A stretch of DNA of 64,000 bases from Sedimentisphaerales bacterium (GCA_963666285.1 OY762711.1), one strand, 5' to 3'. Positions 29,004 to 43,022 are shown, numbered from the stretch's first letter. Program-made: numbers and translations. The notes: generated by a model not told the origin, from the letters alone.

Positions 29004-30707
29004 TTAATCAGTTACCAACCAATAACTTATAATCAATTCAAAGTCAGCAAGATCGATTGTGCCGCTGCAATCTAGATCTGAGAGCTGACAATTAATATTT
29101 TGATTACAATCAAGTAGATAATCCTCAGCCAATATGCTCATATCACCTATATTAACATTATTATCACGGTTAATATCGGCTGGCCTACAGGAACCATGAA
29201 GTGCCATATTTACCGCCCAGAAAGCATTTGGCATACCATAACCAAAATAGTCATCCCTGCCGGGAACTCCCAGGTCAACTGACGAGTTAATCATAATCAT
29301 CTCAACTTCATCTGCTGTTAAAGAACTATCAACAGACAAGATTAAAGCAGCTACTGAAGCTGCATACGGAGCTGAAAGGCTAGTGCCTTCAGCTATCGCA
29401 TACTCTGGTGCTTCTGCTATCTGGCCGCTGCCGTAACCAAACGAACCTGGAATGTCTGTTGTATATATAGCCTTGGCTGGTGCTGCAAAAGCAATTTCAG
29501 TGCCGTAGTTTCCCCATGAATACCTGGTTCCATTGCTGTTTACACCTGCGACAGCATTCACTGATGGCAATATAGCCGGATAAGCAATATTCGATGAATT
29601 ACTATTACCGGAGCTGGCAAAATGGACAATCCCAGCCTCTCTGGAACCGGCATAAGCCATATCAAGGGCCGAACTGTATAAACCATAAGAATTACTGTTT
29701 ACTGTAACTCTGGCACCAATATCTACTGCCCACTCCAATGCATTAATCGTCCAGGATTCAAGCCCAAACCAGTTCTCACCAATTGAATCAACATCTACAC
29801 CATGCATAGCCCTGGCTGAAGCAATGCTGCATCCGGGAGCTCCTCCAACCGTTCCGATACCGTTGATTTTAGCTGCTGCACACCCCGCAACCAAAGTTCC
29901 ATGGTAATCCAGATCGGGATTTGCCGGACCACCATCATACGATTTATAAGCGGGATTTTTAACGAAATCTTTTGCATATGAAACATTTAGATCCGGATGA
30001 TCCAAGGCTACACCTGTATCTATTACTACAATAATAATATCACTGTTCCCAATTGTAATATCCCATGCAAGAGGCATATCCATATCGATATCAGCAATCC
30101 CAGACTGCCCCCCTACAGACTGGCCAATATTGTGCAACCCCCAGCATTTATCAAAATAATTATCTGTAGGCATTAATTCTGACTTGCCGGAAAATATAAA
30201 ATCTGGCTCACAAAATACTACCTCTTCAAGCATTGCCAGGGTATTGGTCAACTCAAGAACAGCATCACTATTTGGAAGTGAGGTTTTACATAAATACATG
30301 TTTTTTACTGTCTTATAATCAGATTTAATAACCAGAAGGTTAGCTTCTTTCAATATCTTAGCCTGTTGGGTAAATGTCGTATCCTCCTCAAAACAGACCA
30401 AAACCTCCTGTGATACAATCAATTCATGACCATTTGAAATTCTATAAACTTTCGAATAATAACCTTCTCGTAGATTATTAATCGCAGCACTAGATAATGA
30501 CTTGCAGTCAATAACACCCCATCCTAAACCTAAGCACTTACAATTACCTGACTTATAATTCAAAACTTGTGATGTATTACATGCTAATAAGCCGCTTTCT
30601 GAACTGATCGAAACCTTTTCCTTAAAATAACTATAGTAATTGACCTCCCCTTTAGAACAAATGGGGATCATCAAAAGCAAAAGCAAAATATTTGCCCTAA
30701 AATTCAA
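29004..30707 (-). CDS. Secreted S8 (subtilisin-like) serine peptidase with C-terminal dockerin-like domain
   Basis: Triad motifs VIDTG, HGT, GTSLSAP; tail ADINRDNNVNIGD...SDLDCSGTIDLADF...WL; probable TTG start after GGAG. Confidence 0.9.
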   Translation of the reverse strand: MNFRANILLLLLMIPICSKGEVNYYSYFKEKVSISSESGLLACNTSQVLNYKSGNCKCLGLGWGVIDCKSLSSAAINNLREGYYSKVYRISNGHELIVSQEVLVCFEEDTTFTQQAKILKEANLLVIKSDYKTVKNMYLCKTSLPNSDAVLELTNTLAMLEEVVFCEPDFIFSGKSELMPTDNYFDKCWGLHNIGQSVGGQSGIADIDMDMPLAWDITIGNSDIIIVVIDTGVALDHPDLNVSYAKDFVKNPAYKSYDGGPANPDLDYHGTLVAGCAAAKINGIGTVGGAPGCSIASARAMHGVDVDSIGENWFGLESWTINALEWAVDIGARVTVNSNSYGLYSSALDMAYAGSREAGIVHFASSGNSNSSNIAYPAILPSVNAVAGVNSNGTRYSWGNYGTEIAFAAPAKAIYTTDIPGSFGYGSGQIAEAPEYAIAEGTSLSAPYAASVAALILSVDSSLTADEVEMIMINSSVDLGVPGRDDYFGYGMPNAFWAVNMALHGSCRPADINRDNNVNIGDMSILAEDYLLDCNQNINCQLSDLDCSGTIDLADFELIISYWLVTD

Positions 30708-30861
30708 CTTATCTCCTATGGAACTTCTCACTATATAAATAATTCACGAAGCAATAATAGAATACTGCTAAACATATTAATAATAGCAAAATCAAACATG
30801 AAAAAGAAAGAAAACTTAACCAAATCGCAATTTTTAAGCCAATAATCGAGATAAGACACTA

Positions 30862-32028
30862 TCAACTAGTGTATTCTCGCAAATCTGAACTTAATATTCG
30901 GTAAAGCTCCTCTATATTATCACTTCTGGTCTCAGTGAAAAAATATCCGAATAGTGGAAATTTAGTCCAATTTGTCCTTCTTAATTCCAAAGGATTTTCA
31001 AACTGACTCAGAACTGCGGCATAATCAAAAGCAGATATGTATTTACCCTCAATGCCGGTAGAATTATCTAAAACCACCAAAGCATACAGCATGTTTTCTT
31101 TACCTGCCCAATATTTATTCCAGTCAGGCACTTCCTGGTTTAAGTAAGATAAATATTGATTCACACCATATGAATACCAGGATATATCAGCAGTTGTACA
31201 CCAGCCGCCAAAACGCAAGGGATTAACCTCTATTGGCACTATTGCACCAGATTCATTTACTCTTACTTCGACATGTAGAGGAAAATGCTTAACATTAAGG
31301 AACTTGTTTATTTGCGATAAAAAATTGGTAAATCTTGAAAGATTTTCTTCAATAACAGATTTTGAAGTAAAATATATTCGATCACTAACATCATCCGGTC
31401 CGGCAAACAAATGCTCGAGAATATTCAGAACTACAGGTTCACCATCGATGTCATAATATGCATCGAACGCAAACTCTCTACCATTTATTACCTCTTCAAT
31501 AATGAAAGTTTCTACATTTAAAACTGCATTTGGATATAAATTTTCAATAATATGAATCTGATCAGAAATTTTCTTTTTAACAGCTTGCCAATTCTCCGGA
31601 TTTTCTACCATATGTACCCCAAGGCTGAAAAATCCAACTGTCGGCTTTATTACAAATGGGTAACATAGACCATCTGGTTTTATATCATCGATCTCATTTA
31701 GTAAAACTTCACGAAAATAATAATCCGGGTACAAAGGCCTGATCAATTCACGAAACTTAGCTTTATTTTTAGTTACATTAACAAATTCGGCCAGCTTCGT
31801 ATCAGGTAAATTTTCAGAAATCCATCCTATTGAGTTTTCAGATGCGGTATATACAATAGGATATTGCTGAGATTCTAATTGCTCGATTGCCTGCTGTTCT
31901 GGAAGAATATTCCAGTCGGCACCCGCCCCAACAGCAGCTAAGCCGGAATTATTAACAACCGGCAAAGAAAAATCCGAAATCGTCTTTCGCAAATAATCCG
32001 ATATGTATGGGTTATCAAGTAATATCAT
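30862..32028 (-). CDS. ATP-grasp domain protein
   Basis: KNKAKFR, PFVIKP, IIEEVINGREF, HVEVR, IEVNPLRFGG. Confidence 0.8.
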   Translation of the reverse strand: MILLDNPYISDYLRKTISDFSLPVVNNSGLAAVGAGADWNILPEQQAIEQLESQQYPIVYTASENSIGWISENLPDTKLAEFVNVTKNKAKFRELIRPLYPDYYFREVLLNEIDDIKPDGLCYPFVIKPTVGFFSLGVHMVENPENWQAVKKKISDQIHIIENLYPNAVLNVETFIIEEVINGREFAFDAYYDIDGEPVVLNILEHLFAGPDDVSDRIYFTSKSVIEENLSRFTNFLSQINKFLNVKHFPLHVEVRVNESGAIVPIEVNPLRFGGWCTTADISWYSYGVNQYLSYLNQEVPDWNKYWAGKENMLYALVVLDNSTGIEGKYISAFDYAAVLSQFENPLELRRTNWTKFPLFGYFFTETRSDNIEELYRILSSDLREYTS

Positions 32029-32081
32029 CCCTATACCTTACAAGATTTTATCAAAAATGAAACCAGAAAAGCAGATATTTT

Positions 32082-33182
32082 TTATTGTAAATAACTCAAT
32101 CTATTTGGAACAAGTCGCTCAACATAACAATACACTACAATATCCGGTCTATATTTTTTAATTAATTCCATATCTTTATGAGCTGAATGCCGTATATATA
32201 TTGATTTGCCAAATGTCCGTTCAAGATATTTGCCTAAAACAGACTCCAAAAAAGAATCACAAATAAAGAGAGCTGTTTTAGCCTGCCCTTTAGCCTCACA
32301 AACATATTCAGTATTCCAGTAATTAACAGTTTCCTTATCAGATATAACTTCAGGTAGTATGGAATCAAAATCAGCCTCTAAAGCATCTTCAACCATTTCC
32401 GGGATACAAAGCATTCCAGCAAGATCGCCTTTTTGTTGAACAGATTTATAGTTAAACTGATCCTGGCTAATCCAGTTAAGTTCACATTGCGGATCTATCA
32501 TACGCATAACTTCCAAATACCCAATATATCCACCTTGGTCTGTCCAATGTGTATCATAATTAAAATAAAGTTTTGTGTCAATAATATGTTTCCTAAGACA
32601 ATCTTGAAGATATAGAAACCCTTCAACCTTGTTCTCATTAAACATAATTTCCAATTGCTCTGCAATTCTAGGCCTGTCAATAACAGTTAAATATTCAGGT
32701 AAATTTTCAGGGTACATTGAATGTTTATCAGGAACAATTATAAAATACAATTTTCCCCCATAACTTTCAACAATTTGTTTCCGGTCTATATAACTTTTAG
32801 ACCATTCATCAAGCTGACGGTAAGATAAAACTCTGATAGCCCTGTGTTTGTCAATTACATTCGCCTCACCCTTATAAAACAGCATATCATTTTTACCAAA
32901 AATAACTTTTGAAGAAAGTGACATATTATAATGCTTCAATTGCTCGCTTATTTCCTGAATAAGCTCTCTTCTCCCAGGAAAGGTTGCTATAATATAATTA
33001 TCGATTTTCATGGGATACAACTCTAATTGCTTAAGCGTCTCTGGAAATTCAGGTAAAGACTTTTGTAATTTTGATCTGCAACCAGAAACTTCTCCATAAA
33101 ATGATATTAAAATGTTAAGGAACGCCGGTAACATCAAAATCATCAAGGTGATATATATAAGAATTCGTTGTTTTGTGGACAT
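32082..33182 (-). CDS. AlgJ/AlgX-like periplasmic O-acetyltransferase (SGNH-like)
   Basis: N-terminal TM; VIFGKNDMLFY, IVPDKHSMYPE, DTHWT, GDLA, DSF. Confidence 0.8.
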   Translation of the reverse strand: MSTKQRILIYITLMILMLPAFLNILISFYGEVSGCRSKLQKSLPEFPETLKQLELYPMKIDNYIIATFPGRRELIQEISEQLKHYNMSLSSKVIFGKNDMLFYKGEANVIDKHRAIRVLSYRQLDEWSKSYIDRKQIVESYGGKLYFIIVPDKHSMYPENLPEYLTVIDRPRIAEQLEIMFNENKVEGFLYLQDCLRKHIIDTKLYFNYDTHWTDQGGYIGYLEVMRMIDPQCELNWISQDQFNYKSVQQKGDLAGMLCIPEMVEDALEADFDSILPEVISDKETVNYWNTEYVCEAKGQAKTALFICDSFLESVLGKYLERTFGKSIYIRHSAHKDMELIKKYRPDIVVYCYVERLVPNRLSYLQ

Positions 33183-33192
33183 ATAACACTCT

Positions 33193-34581
33193 CTAGAAAC
33201 GATAGTAAATAAATGGGTTATAAGTACCGCATAATAAAAAGGCAACAGATAACAGAAATAAAGATAAATATATAATTATTCCTGTTATATGCCGCGAAAA
33301 AGGTGGTTTATCATAATCTAATCTAACAACTGACAAAAAAGCTCCTATTGCAGACATACAACCCCAGGCAGAATAATTAACTTCTCTAAATGTGTGGGCA
33401 GGAATATCACACAATCCAATCATAGCAAACAGATACCCCTTAAGTTGTTCGAAAGAGTTGCATCTAAATAATACCCATCCAATTATAACGACTATAAAGA
33501 CATAAGACCTTTTAAGTATAGTTGGAAATACAAATTTATTTACAAAAAAAAGTCTTTCAAAAATTAAGAAGAAGCCATGGAAAAGGCCCCATAGCAAAAA
33601 ATTCCAACCCGCACCATGCCATAAACCACATAATATAAAAACTACTAATAAGTTTCTATATGTTACAAAATTACTCACCCTACTGCCGCCAAGCGGAATA
33701 TACAAGTAATCTCTAAACCAGGTAGAAAGTGAAATATGCCAGCGATGCCAGAAATCTGATATAGAATGAGCAATGTAAGGTCGATCGAAATTACGTTGAA
33801 AATTAAATCCCATTATTCTGCCAAGACCTATAGCCATAATGGAATAGCCGTTAAAATCAAAATATATCTGAAAATAATATGAAAGTGCCCCAATCCAACT
33901 TGCTATAAATGAAAGGTAATTGCTGTCTTTGCTGAAATAATAATCTGCTGCAACTGCAAAATTATTGGCAAGTAGTACTTTGGCTGCAAGTCCAAGTATA
34001 AACAATTGGGTCCCAGAAATAACATTTTCGAATTTGATAGAAATATCATGTAAATCCTGACGTATATGCTCGTATCGCACAATTGGCCCGGCAATAAGTT
34101 GAGGAAACATTGAAATATAAGTACCCAAAATAATTATATTCTTCTCAGACTTATACTTGCTCCTATAAACGTCAATAACATACGAAAGTGCTTGAAAAGT
34201 AAAAAAAGAAATACCAACTGGAAGAGGTAATTTCCTAAAATAATCATAATTTGGCACAACATAACCCAAAAAGGATTTCATATTACCAACAATAAATGGT
34301 GAATATTTGAAAAAAAACAATACCGAAAGATTAAAAATAACTGCTAAATACAAGAAACATTTGCGAGCTGCAATATCTCTGTCAATCAGTAAAGCCAAAA
34401 ACCAATTAACAATAATAGACACCAGCATAAGAAAAACATATACTGGTTCACCCCAGGCATAAAACAATAAACTAAAAAAGAAAATAGCAGTTATTTTTAT
34501 AGACGGTTTATTCGTGCAAAAATAGACCGCAAGAAAAAGCGGCAAAAAATAAAACAAAAATGTAATTGAACTAAAAACCAT
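33193..34581 (-). CDS. AlgI/DltB-type MBOAT O-acyltransferase
   Basis: MVFSS, LPVGISFFTFQ, FPQLIAGPIVRY, QIYFDFNGYS, FWHRWHISLS, GLWHGA. Confidence 0.93.
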   Translation of the reverse strand: MVFSSITFLFYFLPLFLAVYFCTNKPSIKITAIFFFSLLFYAWGEPVYVFLMLVSIIVNWFLALLIDRDIAARKCFLYLAVIFNLSVLFFFKYSPFIVGNMKSFLGYVVPNYDYFRKLPLPVGISFFTFQALSYVIDVYRSKYKSEKNIIILGTYISMFPQLIAGPIVRYEHIRQDLHDISIKFENVISGTQLFILGLAAKVLLANNFAVAADYYFSKDSNYLSFIASWIGALSYYFQIYFDFNGYSIMAIGLGRIMGFNFQRNFDRPYIAHSISDFWHRWHISLSTWFRDYLYIPLGGSRVSNFVTYRNLLVVFILCGLWHGAGWNFLLWGLFHGFFLIFERLFFVNKFVFPTILKRSYVFIVVIIGWVLFRCNSFEQLKGYLFAMIGLCDIPAHTFREVNYSAWGCMSAIGAFLSVVRLDYDKPPFSRHITGIIIYLSLFLLSVAFLLCGTYNPFIYYRF

Positions 34582-34613
34582 TTGAACTTTATAAAATAGT
34601 AATCGCCAATCAA

Positions 34614-37517
34614 TCAATTATACAAATTGTAGTGCCTGAAGTTATTCAGCCCATATTTATTTACAAGTTTTCTCTGATACAATTCTGCCTTGATTATTTT
34701 CACATTCCCAGGTTTAATACCAGGATTTGTTAATATTATCTCAATATTATCTATAGCTGAATTCAGCATCCATTTATACGAAATATCTAAAGGCACAATA
34801 TTGATACCGTTTTTTAGATTACATATCAACTTTGAATCTGGACGATTATCCCAAGATATTTCGGCGGAAAGCTTATTATAAGATGAATCCAGAGTGATAG
34901 ATAATACACCTTCTTTAGCACCATTTACCGGTTGTTCAAAAGTTACATTAGAATAAATTCCATTTTCACCAAGAAAAAAAGGACCTGGATTATTTATACT
35001 ACTTCTCAGATCAAGGGTATTGATAATCGAACCAGAATTATAACCAAAATTTATTGGATGATCTCCAATATTGTCGGTTTGTGGAACTGCTTCTAAGGCA
35101 GATAACATATGCGCTTTGTCTGGAACAGGAATATTGGCTTTCAGATAATATTTCTCTGGCATGAAATATACACTATTGCCAAGCTTTACTGGGATATTGC
35201 CGGATAATGCAAAACGATACAAATAATACCCCCTGGTATTTACATATTGGCCATCAATATGTATGTCATCTCTAACAACAGATACTTTCACACTCTGCTC
35301 AATCAATCTGCCAATTGCATGTTCTTCTTGCAGTTCACAGGCAAACATGAAATAACTGTGATATTCAATTGGAAGGAATCTTTGAGCTGCAATGTTTTCA
35401 AGATTAGCTTGTGTTAAGCTCAAAAATGTCTCTTCAGGGGCTAAAATTCGATTCATATTGAATTTTATATCATGCAATTCCTTAATTGCCTGCTCATCAA
35501 ATGCTTTGCCTTTGAGTCCCTTTCCTATATAGGGCATCCCCCATTTACTACCATCAATGAAATCGGAATCTGTAAAATGAGAAATAGTTCGCATACTTTT
35601 TCCAAACTGAATTGGTGTTTTAGATTCAAACTGGCAAAATATCGCTGCTCCAATTATACATAATATTCCAGATATCTTCTTGTTATACAAATTTGTGGCA
35701 AAAGAGAAATACAACAAAGGGAAAAAAGACATTAATATAACATATTGCCTACCGGAAGTATTTCCATCAACACGAGAAAAACTGTATCCGAGAGTAAGCA
35801 AAGAATATATTACAGCTATAAAAGACAATAATAATATCGTTTTTTTATTAGATATTTGCTTGTATTTCATTAAAAGAAACATTATTAAAAATGCCAATAG
35901 TGGCACTGCAATTACACAATTACCTAAAATAACTTCCGATAGACTTTTCGAAAAGAGCCATAAATTTCCAGCCCATACCTGATTGTTTGCCTTAAACGAA
36001 AGCATCATCTTTACCAAGGCATAAACATAGCTCCAATATGAAGTAAATAATGATATGATCAGGATTATACTCAAAACTAAACCGGTTTTAGCAAAACTTA
36101 CAATATTTGTTTTGTATAATAATATTAATTGATATATTAATATCGGTATAGTAGCCACTACAGCAACCGTTCCAAGTGGAACCCTAAAAAACGGCAAAAA
36201 GGCCGCCAGAAGTACCCAAACAAACACCCAAAATATTTTATTCTCAAATACTTTGTAATATAGCAACAAGCAGAAAAAAATAACAGGTACTGAAATATGC
36301 ATATATAAACTTAAAACAAATATAGCTAAATACCATGGAATCACTAATCGATACGCAAAGTATTGTGCCAATAACATTATAGATGCAAATATAGAAAAGC
36401 CATATATATTTGAAAAAAGGTTGTATTCACTGCAGAAAAAACCACCAAATATATATCCACAAACATCACTAAAACCATAGGTTACTTGATAATCTTTAAA
36501 TAATTCGCCATACCCATGCTTATAAGCATCATATGGAGAAAAACGTGCAGAAAATTCAAAAAGATTATAAGGTAATTCTGGATAAACCTTGTTGTTTGCC
36601 CAAAAAAATAAGACTATTGCACCACCAATAAACACAGGCAATGACGAAAAATCAATACTTCCATCCTTAAATAAATACCTAAAGATATTGATTATTCCAA
36701 ATACAATTAAAGGCAATACAATACAAAGAATTATTTTTGTATGATTACAATTATTAACTAAATCTGAGTCTATATAAAATGGTAAAGGAATAAAAAGCAG
36801 ATAAAGAAGCAAAATTGCTAGCATAATCGGAGTACATATGAGATTCTTATACATTTTCATTTCTCGGATAAGAAAATATGATACGGAACTGAAAATTGGC
36901 AAAAATATAGTTAAACCCAATAATAATAAGCGACATTGTTTCCATGAAATATCAAATGAATATAACAACTTATAATAACAAAGAAATGTATATAGCCCGG
37001 CCCCAGCAAAAAGAGAAAGAGTAGTAGTAGTAATTACACATTTGATGTATTCAGAAGAATACTTATTGTCTTTCTCAAAAATAATAATCGATAAAACAAA
37101 AAACACTAAATACAAAGATAAAAAAATCCAATCAGCATAAAGTTCTTCTGTTGATACATTTTTTAATGCGGAAATTAACCAAAATATAACAGGGAAAAGG
37201 GCATATAACACTAGATTGAAAGCATCTATTTGCCTGCTTCTTTGTTTTGCATAATTAAACATAAACAACATCAGATGAAATATTAAAACGGATACAAGAA
37301 TTGCAATTTTTATAGAGATAATTCTATTTGTTACCAAAATAGACATCTGGTTGCTAATACTAAAATGCAATTCGGAAAATTGATTTTCCCATAATGGAAA
37401 GCTTACTAAACAAAGTAGAGTTATGACAATTGATAATAAAGAAACAAAAAATGATAATAGCACAGCATTAATATCACTATTGCATAAAAATTGTTTGTAT
37501 CTATTTAATATTTTCAT
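34614..37517 (-). CDS. Large polytopic membrane protein, possibly a GT-C-like glycosyltransferase
   Basis: Many hydrophobic segments, a loop with FKDYQVTYG, and a soluble C-terminal region; start uncertain (37517 or 37550). Confidence 0.55.
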   Translation of the reverse strand: MKILNRYKQFLCNSDINAVLLSFFVSLLSIVITLLCLVSFPLWENQFSELHFSISNQMSILVTNRIISIKIAILVSVLIFHLMLFMFNYAKQRSRQIDAFNLVLYALFPVIFWLISALKNVSTEELYADWIFLSLYLVFFVLSIIIFEKDNKYSSEYIKCVITTTTLSLFAGAGLYTFLCYYKLLYSFDISWKQCRLLLLGLTIFLPIFSSVSYFLIREMKMYKNLICTPIMLAILLLYLLFIPLPFYIDSDLVNNCNHTKIILCIVLPLIVFGIINIFRYLFKDGSIDFSSLPVFIGGAIVLFFWANNKVYPELPYNLFEFSARFSPYDAYKHGYGELFKDYQVTYGFSDVCGYIFGGFFCSEYNLFSNIYGFSIFASIMLLAQYFAYRLVIPWYLAIFVLSLYMHISVPVIFFCLLLYYKVFENKIFWVFVWVLLAAFLPFFRVPLGTVAVVATIPILIYQLILLYKTNIVSFAKTGLVLSIILIISLFTSYWSYVYALVKMMLSFKANNQVWAGNLWLFSKSLSEVILGNCVIAVPLLAFLIMFLLMKYKQISNKKTILLLSFIAVIYSLLTLGYSFSRVDGNTSGRQYVILMSFFPLLYFSFATNLYNKKISGILCIIGAAIFCQFESKTPIQFGKSMRTISHFTDSDFIDGSKWGMPYIGKGLKGKAFDEQAIKELHDIKFNMNRILAPEETFLSLTQANLENIAAQRFLPIEYHSYFMFACELQEEHAIGRLIEQSVKVSVVRDDIHIDGQYVNTRGYYLYRFALSGNIPVKLGNSVYFMPEKYYLKANIPVPDKAHMLSALEAVPQTDNIGDHPINFGYNSGSIINTLDLRSSINNPGPFFLGENGIYSNVTFEQPVNGAKEGVLSITLDSSYNKLSAEISWDNRPDSKLICNLKNGINIVPLDISYKWMLNSAIDNIEIILTNPGIKPGNVKIIKAELYQRKLVNKYGLNNFRHYNLYN

Positions 37518-37533
37518 TAAATCTTCCAACGAA

Positions 37534-38433
37534 TTATTTTTGAGCAACAATAATCATTTGCCCATATCTTATACTGAATGGGATTTTCTTTATCCATTTA
37601 GGCAATAACCTGAGAATGAATATTACCCAAAATAGACACCATGAAGTTCCATTATGAGCCATTACAGCGTCAATATAAGAAATATTTAATTTTTTGGGAA
37701 AATTGAGAACATATTTATACTCTAAATCATTGTTTTCAATAATCTGTCGAGCTCCTTTTACTGAAAAATAAAATAAATGTTCTGAAACAAAATGCTCCCA
37801 TGTCTTGCCAGCTATTCTCTGACTCAATGCCCCCATCATAGGAGTCACTGCGACAAAATAGCCGTCTTCTTTTAAAAGATACTTTGCCGTTTGTATTGCC
37901 TCATTTGGGTCTCTTACATGCTCTATAACGTCAAACATTATGACTGCATCAAACTGACCTGCCATGGAACTAAAACTATCTTGAGAAAAATATCCTTGAT
38001 ATACCTTGTCAGGGCCGAACAACTTCCTGATTCTATCACATCCATCATGTGCAACCTCTACACCATACGGCTCATATCCAAGCTCAGATGCTACCTCCAT
38101 TAAACGGCCAGTGGCTGCTCCTATGTCTAATATCTTTGCATTTGGAGGCAGATTTCTCAAATGTTTGTTAAAAAAATTGAGGAAATTATCTTTTTTTAAC
38201 CTGGAATAATTGTCTTCTTCTCCCCAATTTGCATAATATCCCATTTTATAAATCGCATCTAACTGTGAATCTGTCGGCTGAGGATTAATTCTGGCTGAAT
38301 AACAGTTAAGACATTTCTCATATGTAAACTGGTCTTTTCTGAACATATATCTGAATGTAGTCCCACCGCAACAGGGACACTTCTCAGCAGTATATGAAGC
38401 AGACACGGATTTGATCAATGTTTCATCTGTCAT
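37534..38433 (-). CDS. Class I SAM-dependent methyltransferase with N-terminal CxxC/CxxC
   Basis: CPCC...CLNC, ILDIGAATG, FDVIEHV, EHLFYFS. Confidence 0.88.
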   Translation of the reverse strand: MTDETLIKSVSASYTAEKCPCCGGTTFRYMFRKDQFTYEKCLNCYSARINPQPTDSQLDAIYKMGYYANWGEEDNYSRLKKDNFLNFFNKHLRNLPPNAKILDIGAATGRLMEVASELGYEPYGVEVAHDGCDRIRKLFGPDKVYQGYFSQDSFSSMAGQFDAVIMFDVIEHVRDPNEAIQTAKYLLKEDGYFVAVTPMMGALSQRIAGKTWEHFVSEHLFYFSVKGARQIIENNDLEYKYVLNFPKKLNISYIDAVMAHNGTSWCLFWVIFILRLLPKWIKKIPFSIRYGQMIIVAQK

Positions 38434-39592
38434 AATTAATATTCCGTTTAAGCTTATTAATTGAATTCAAAACCAAATCGGGAGTAATTTTCTGCATACA
38501 AATATTATCACCACCACAAGGAGTGGAATCCATTTCATGAATGCAGGGTGAACATTTAACATTACTATATAAGATAAGATTAATTTCAGTCTCCATCCCA
38601 AAATGCTCAGGACAAGACATGCCGAATAGAGAAACTGTTGGCTTCCTTAGAGCATAAGCAATGTGCATAGGTCCGGTATCACCAGTAACAATTAAAAACG
38701 CTTTTTCCATTACCAAAAGATATTCATTAAATGACAATTTTCCAGCCAAATTATAAATACCACTATTATCATCAAACATTTCAAAAAGCTGCCGGGTATA
38801 TTCCTGCTCCTTTTTAGTACCGGTTAATACAATATTAAAATCTTCTTTTACAGAAATAATTACTTCCCAAAAATACTGCAATGGCCATCTTCTTTCAAAT
38901 GCTAACTCAGACGCATGAACATTGAAAATCACATACGGCTTTGCAGAATTAATAAAATCCTTATCAATAGCAACCAAATTTACTTTAGGATAGTTTAAAT
39001 ATGCAAGTTCAATAGAGCTATCCTCTTTATTGCTTAATACCTGCCCCAAACTAATATAATTATCACTATAATGATTTCTTGTATTAAAAAAGACAATATG
39101 TGAATAAAGCGAACGTTTAATTTTTGCAGAATGCCTGACAAAACCTATCCTGTTTTTCGAAAATGAAAGAGTAGTAATGAGAGTTGAAAAATATGAATAA
39201 ATTTCTAAATCAAAAAAAACATCTATCTTCATTTTCCATAATTTGAATAAAAATACAGGCAGTTTATATAAATCAAAAAGTTTATCAGGAAAAAGTAATA
39301 TATTGTCGATTTCACTGATTGTTTTACAGATTGGATAGTTTTCCTTAGATGTTATATAAGTAATATTTGAATCAGGAAATTCAATTTTAAGATATTTAAT
39401 TAGCCTAGTCGATTGGATTATACTACCAAGTCCTACATATTTTGCAATAACAATATTATGAATTTTATCCTGATCCAACAGATGATCTCTTCTTAGAAAT
39501 AATTTGCTAAGAAAGCACACAAATGGTCTTATAAGAATACATAAAACCAGTCCACAAGTTCTGTCTAATTTTATTTTAAGATTAAGATTCAT
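38423..39592 (-). CDS. Glycosyltransferase family 9 (heptosyltransferase-like)
   Basis: GLGS, RRWP, NLAGKLS, GDTGPMHIA, CSPC...CM. Confidence 0.88.
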   Translation of the reverse strand: MNLNLKIKLDRTCGLVLCILIRPFVCFLSKLFLRRDHLLDQDKIHNIVIAKYVGLGSIIQSTRLIKYLKIEFPDSNITYITSKENYPICKTISEIDNILLFPDKLFDLYKLPVFLFKLWKMKIDVFFDLEIYSYFSTLITTLSFSKNRIGFVRHSAKIKRSLYSHIVFFNTRNHYSDNYISLGQVLSNKEDSSIELAYLNYPKVNLVAIDKDFINSAKPYVIFNVHASELAFERRWPLQYFWEVIISVKEDFNIVLTGTKKEQEYTRQLFEMFDDNSGIYNLAGKLSFNEYLLVMEKAFLIVTGDTGPMHIAYALRKPTVSLFGMSCPEHFGMETEINLILYSNVKCSPCIHEMDSTPCGGDNICMQKITPDLVLNSINKLKRNINYDR

Positions 39593-39701
39593 TGATACAT
39601 ATTTTAAAGAAATAACACATAATATTCATAATCAATTATATATAAACATTATAAATAAAAGACTATATACAAATCAATGATAAACCACCCATTACTATTT
39701 T

Positions 39702-39741
39702 AAAAAGAACAAGGCCCCGCAGGGTTACCTACAGGGCCTTG
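39702..39741 (-). terminator. rRNA operon terminator
   Basis: caaggccc / gggccttg stem with a minus-strand U tract just after 5S. Confidence 0.8.
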
Positions 39742-39747
39742 AAAAAA

Positions 39748-39854
39748 GTTGGCGGCGACTTACTTTCACGCTCACGCACTATCATCAGCGTTAGTGCCTT
39801 AGCTTCTGAGTTCGGAAAGGGATCAGGCGTTTCACACTAACTATGACCACCAAC
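39748..39854 (-). rRNA. rrf: 5S rRNA (short, ~107 nt)
   Basis: Minus strand GTTGGTGGTCATAG...CCGAACTCAGAAGCTAAG...AGTAAGTCGCCGCCAAC with paired ends. Confidence 0.95.
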
Positions 39855-39990
39855 AGTTCGGAAGAATAACAGGTCCAAAGACCTGATTCATTACACTTGT
39901 TGTATCATATAATATGAGGTAAGGAACAAAATTTGCAGGATACCATTTATAACCAATTATCCTTAGAGCTTTACAGCTCAAAAATAATGT

Positions 39991-42847
<2,857 letters not shown>

Positions 42848-43022
42848 ACATTATTTTTAAGCTGTGGTCATATCGCTCTAAAGATTCATCAGTTTTATAA
42901 ATGGAATTATATTTACGAAATTGTAATTTTAATAATTATGTGCAAGACACTTATATTCATATCTTTACGATATGATTCGCAAGTATTACCTACAAAAATC
43001 ATTACCTTTACCTCATATTAAA

